This document shows positions 63,535 to 64,000 of a stretch of 64,000 nt of DNA, in pieces. The DNA is taken from assembly GCA_018819225.1 (NCBI GenBank), contig JAHJQN010000008.1:160001-224000 (forward strand), in the 5' to 3' direction. Origin of the DNA: Candidatus Micrarchaeota archaeon (lineage in GTDB: Archaea > Micrarchaeota > Micrarchaeia > Norongarragalinales > SBBD01). The translations under genes were made by a program, and so were the position numbers. The notes under the pieces were generated by a model. The model ran no database searches. It saw only the letters and a list, made by a program, of their open reading frames with translations, and had not been told where the DNA came from. The number at the start of each line of letters is the position of its first letter. Positions within the stretch are counted from its first letter, which is position 1.

Positions 63535-63589
63535 TCACTAAATATTTCTCAAAAGAATTAGTGAAATCAAATGCAGCGATAACTATAAA
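63535..63589 (-). promoter_or_regulatory. TATA box and inverted repeat in the leader of the PEP-mobile-domain gene
   Basis: TTTATA on the - strand at 63584-63589; TCACTAA-N16-TTAGTGA at 63535-63564. Confidence 0.4.
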
Positions 63590-63636
63590 GTGATTGTGCC
63601 GCCATATGCCTGGTCAGGACAAAGGGCATGGAGGTA

Positions 63637-63999
63637 TCAGAACGCAATCAAGCCCAAATCCCCTTGCTTCGCCAGCTCGCAAAGGAGTTTGTTCTCCGCT
63701 TTCCGTAAGTGCTCGCGGTACGTGTTGCGCGGAACCTTGATTTTTTCCGCAATGTCCTCGAGACTCATCTGCCGAGGCAATTCATAGTACCCATACCGAT
63801 ACGCATGCAGAAACGCCCAACGCTGCTTCTCAGTTAACTTGGTAAACACGTTGGGAACGAACAAATTAAGGGGCTCTTCCTTCAAGCTGATGAGATCAAT
63901 GGTAGCCGCTTGTTTTTGGCGCTTGACGGCTTTATACAAATCCAGCAACCGCTTCTTCTCCCAACTGGCTACCGTCCAATGCTCAAAGCCTCCGGTAAT
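63637..63999 (-). CDS. HTH-10 (Bat-type) transcriptional regulator; 5' end outside the window
   Basis: LT.KQ..A...AY..GYYE.PR...L..IA......NT..EHLRKAE.KL. The frame stays open to the window edge (GFEHWTVASW). Confidence 0.9.
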   Translation of the reverse strand: MTGGFEHWTVASWEKKRLLDLYKAVKRQKQAATIDLISLKEEPLNLFVPNVFTKLTEKQRWAFLHAYRYGYYELPRQMSLEDIAEKIKVPRNTYREHLRKAENKLLCELAKQGDLGLIAF

Positions 64000-64000
64000 C

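Noticed and set aside
1-64000. Numerous 60-240 aa ORFs antisense or out of frame to recognised genes (for example 24392-25126, 20735-21409, 53053-53721, 13131-13700, 55340-55936)
   Set aside because: They are shadow ORFs over well-supported genes and show no family motifs.
1-64000. CRISPR array, rRNA, tRNA, IS/transposase or integrase
   Set aside because: I saw no regularly spaced repeats, cloverleaf-compatible sequence or transposase/integrase motifs by eye. A tRNAscan-SE/Infernal run would be needed to exclude small RNAs fully.

Overview
This window is gene-dense archaeal chromosome. It carries archaeal ribosomal proteins eL31/eL35A/eL39/eL41, aIF6, Hel308, NreA, an A-type ATPase, an ADP-dependent sugar kinase, TATA-like boxes, GAGGTG/GGTGA Shine-Dalgarno sites and oligo-T terminators. 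The gene content points to a DPANN archaeon, plausibly Micrarchaeota-like (inference): a 'GQSALEYL..YGWAIL' pilin, a giant Cys-rich surface protein, an orphan PEP-mobile-domain protein and a free-standing LAGLIDADG gene. Most of the window is housekeeping: de novo purine genes (with an unusual PurF-PurN fusion), tRNA modification, translation, ATP synthase H-I-K-E-C-F (A, B, D absent here), SAH hydrolase, RFC and FtsY. The main accessory or odd elements are: (1) an AT-rich LAGLIDADG+wHTH gene that appears to have brought a recoded 3' end of nreA; (2) a 1925-aa surface protein ending in a mirror-symmetric cysteine hairpin; (3) an island at about 31-37 kb with a membrane-spanning HTH regulator, a candidate operator, secreted proteins sharing an acidic-PPLP motif and a glycoside-hydrolase-like surface protein; (4) a histone-fold protein with acidic tail and coiled coil, next to a long coiled-coil gene and scpB; (5) a metallo-beta-lactamase-fold protein that has lost most metal ligands. 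I found no rRNA, tRNA, CRISPR array or IS element. All calls come from reading motifs by eye; no database search was run.
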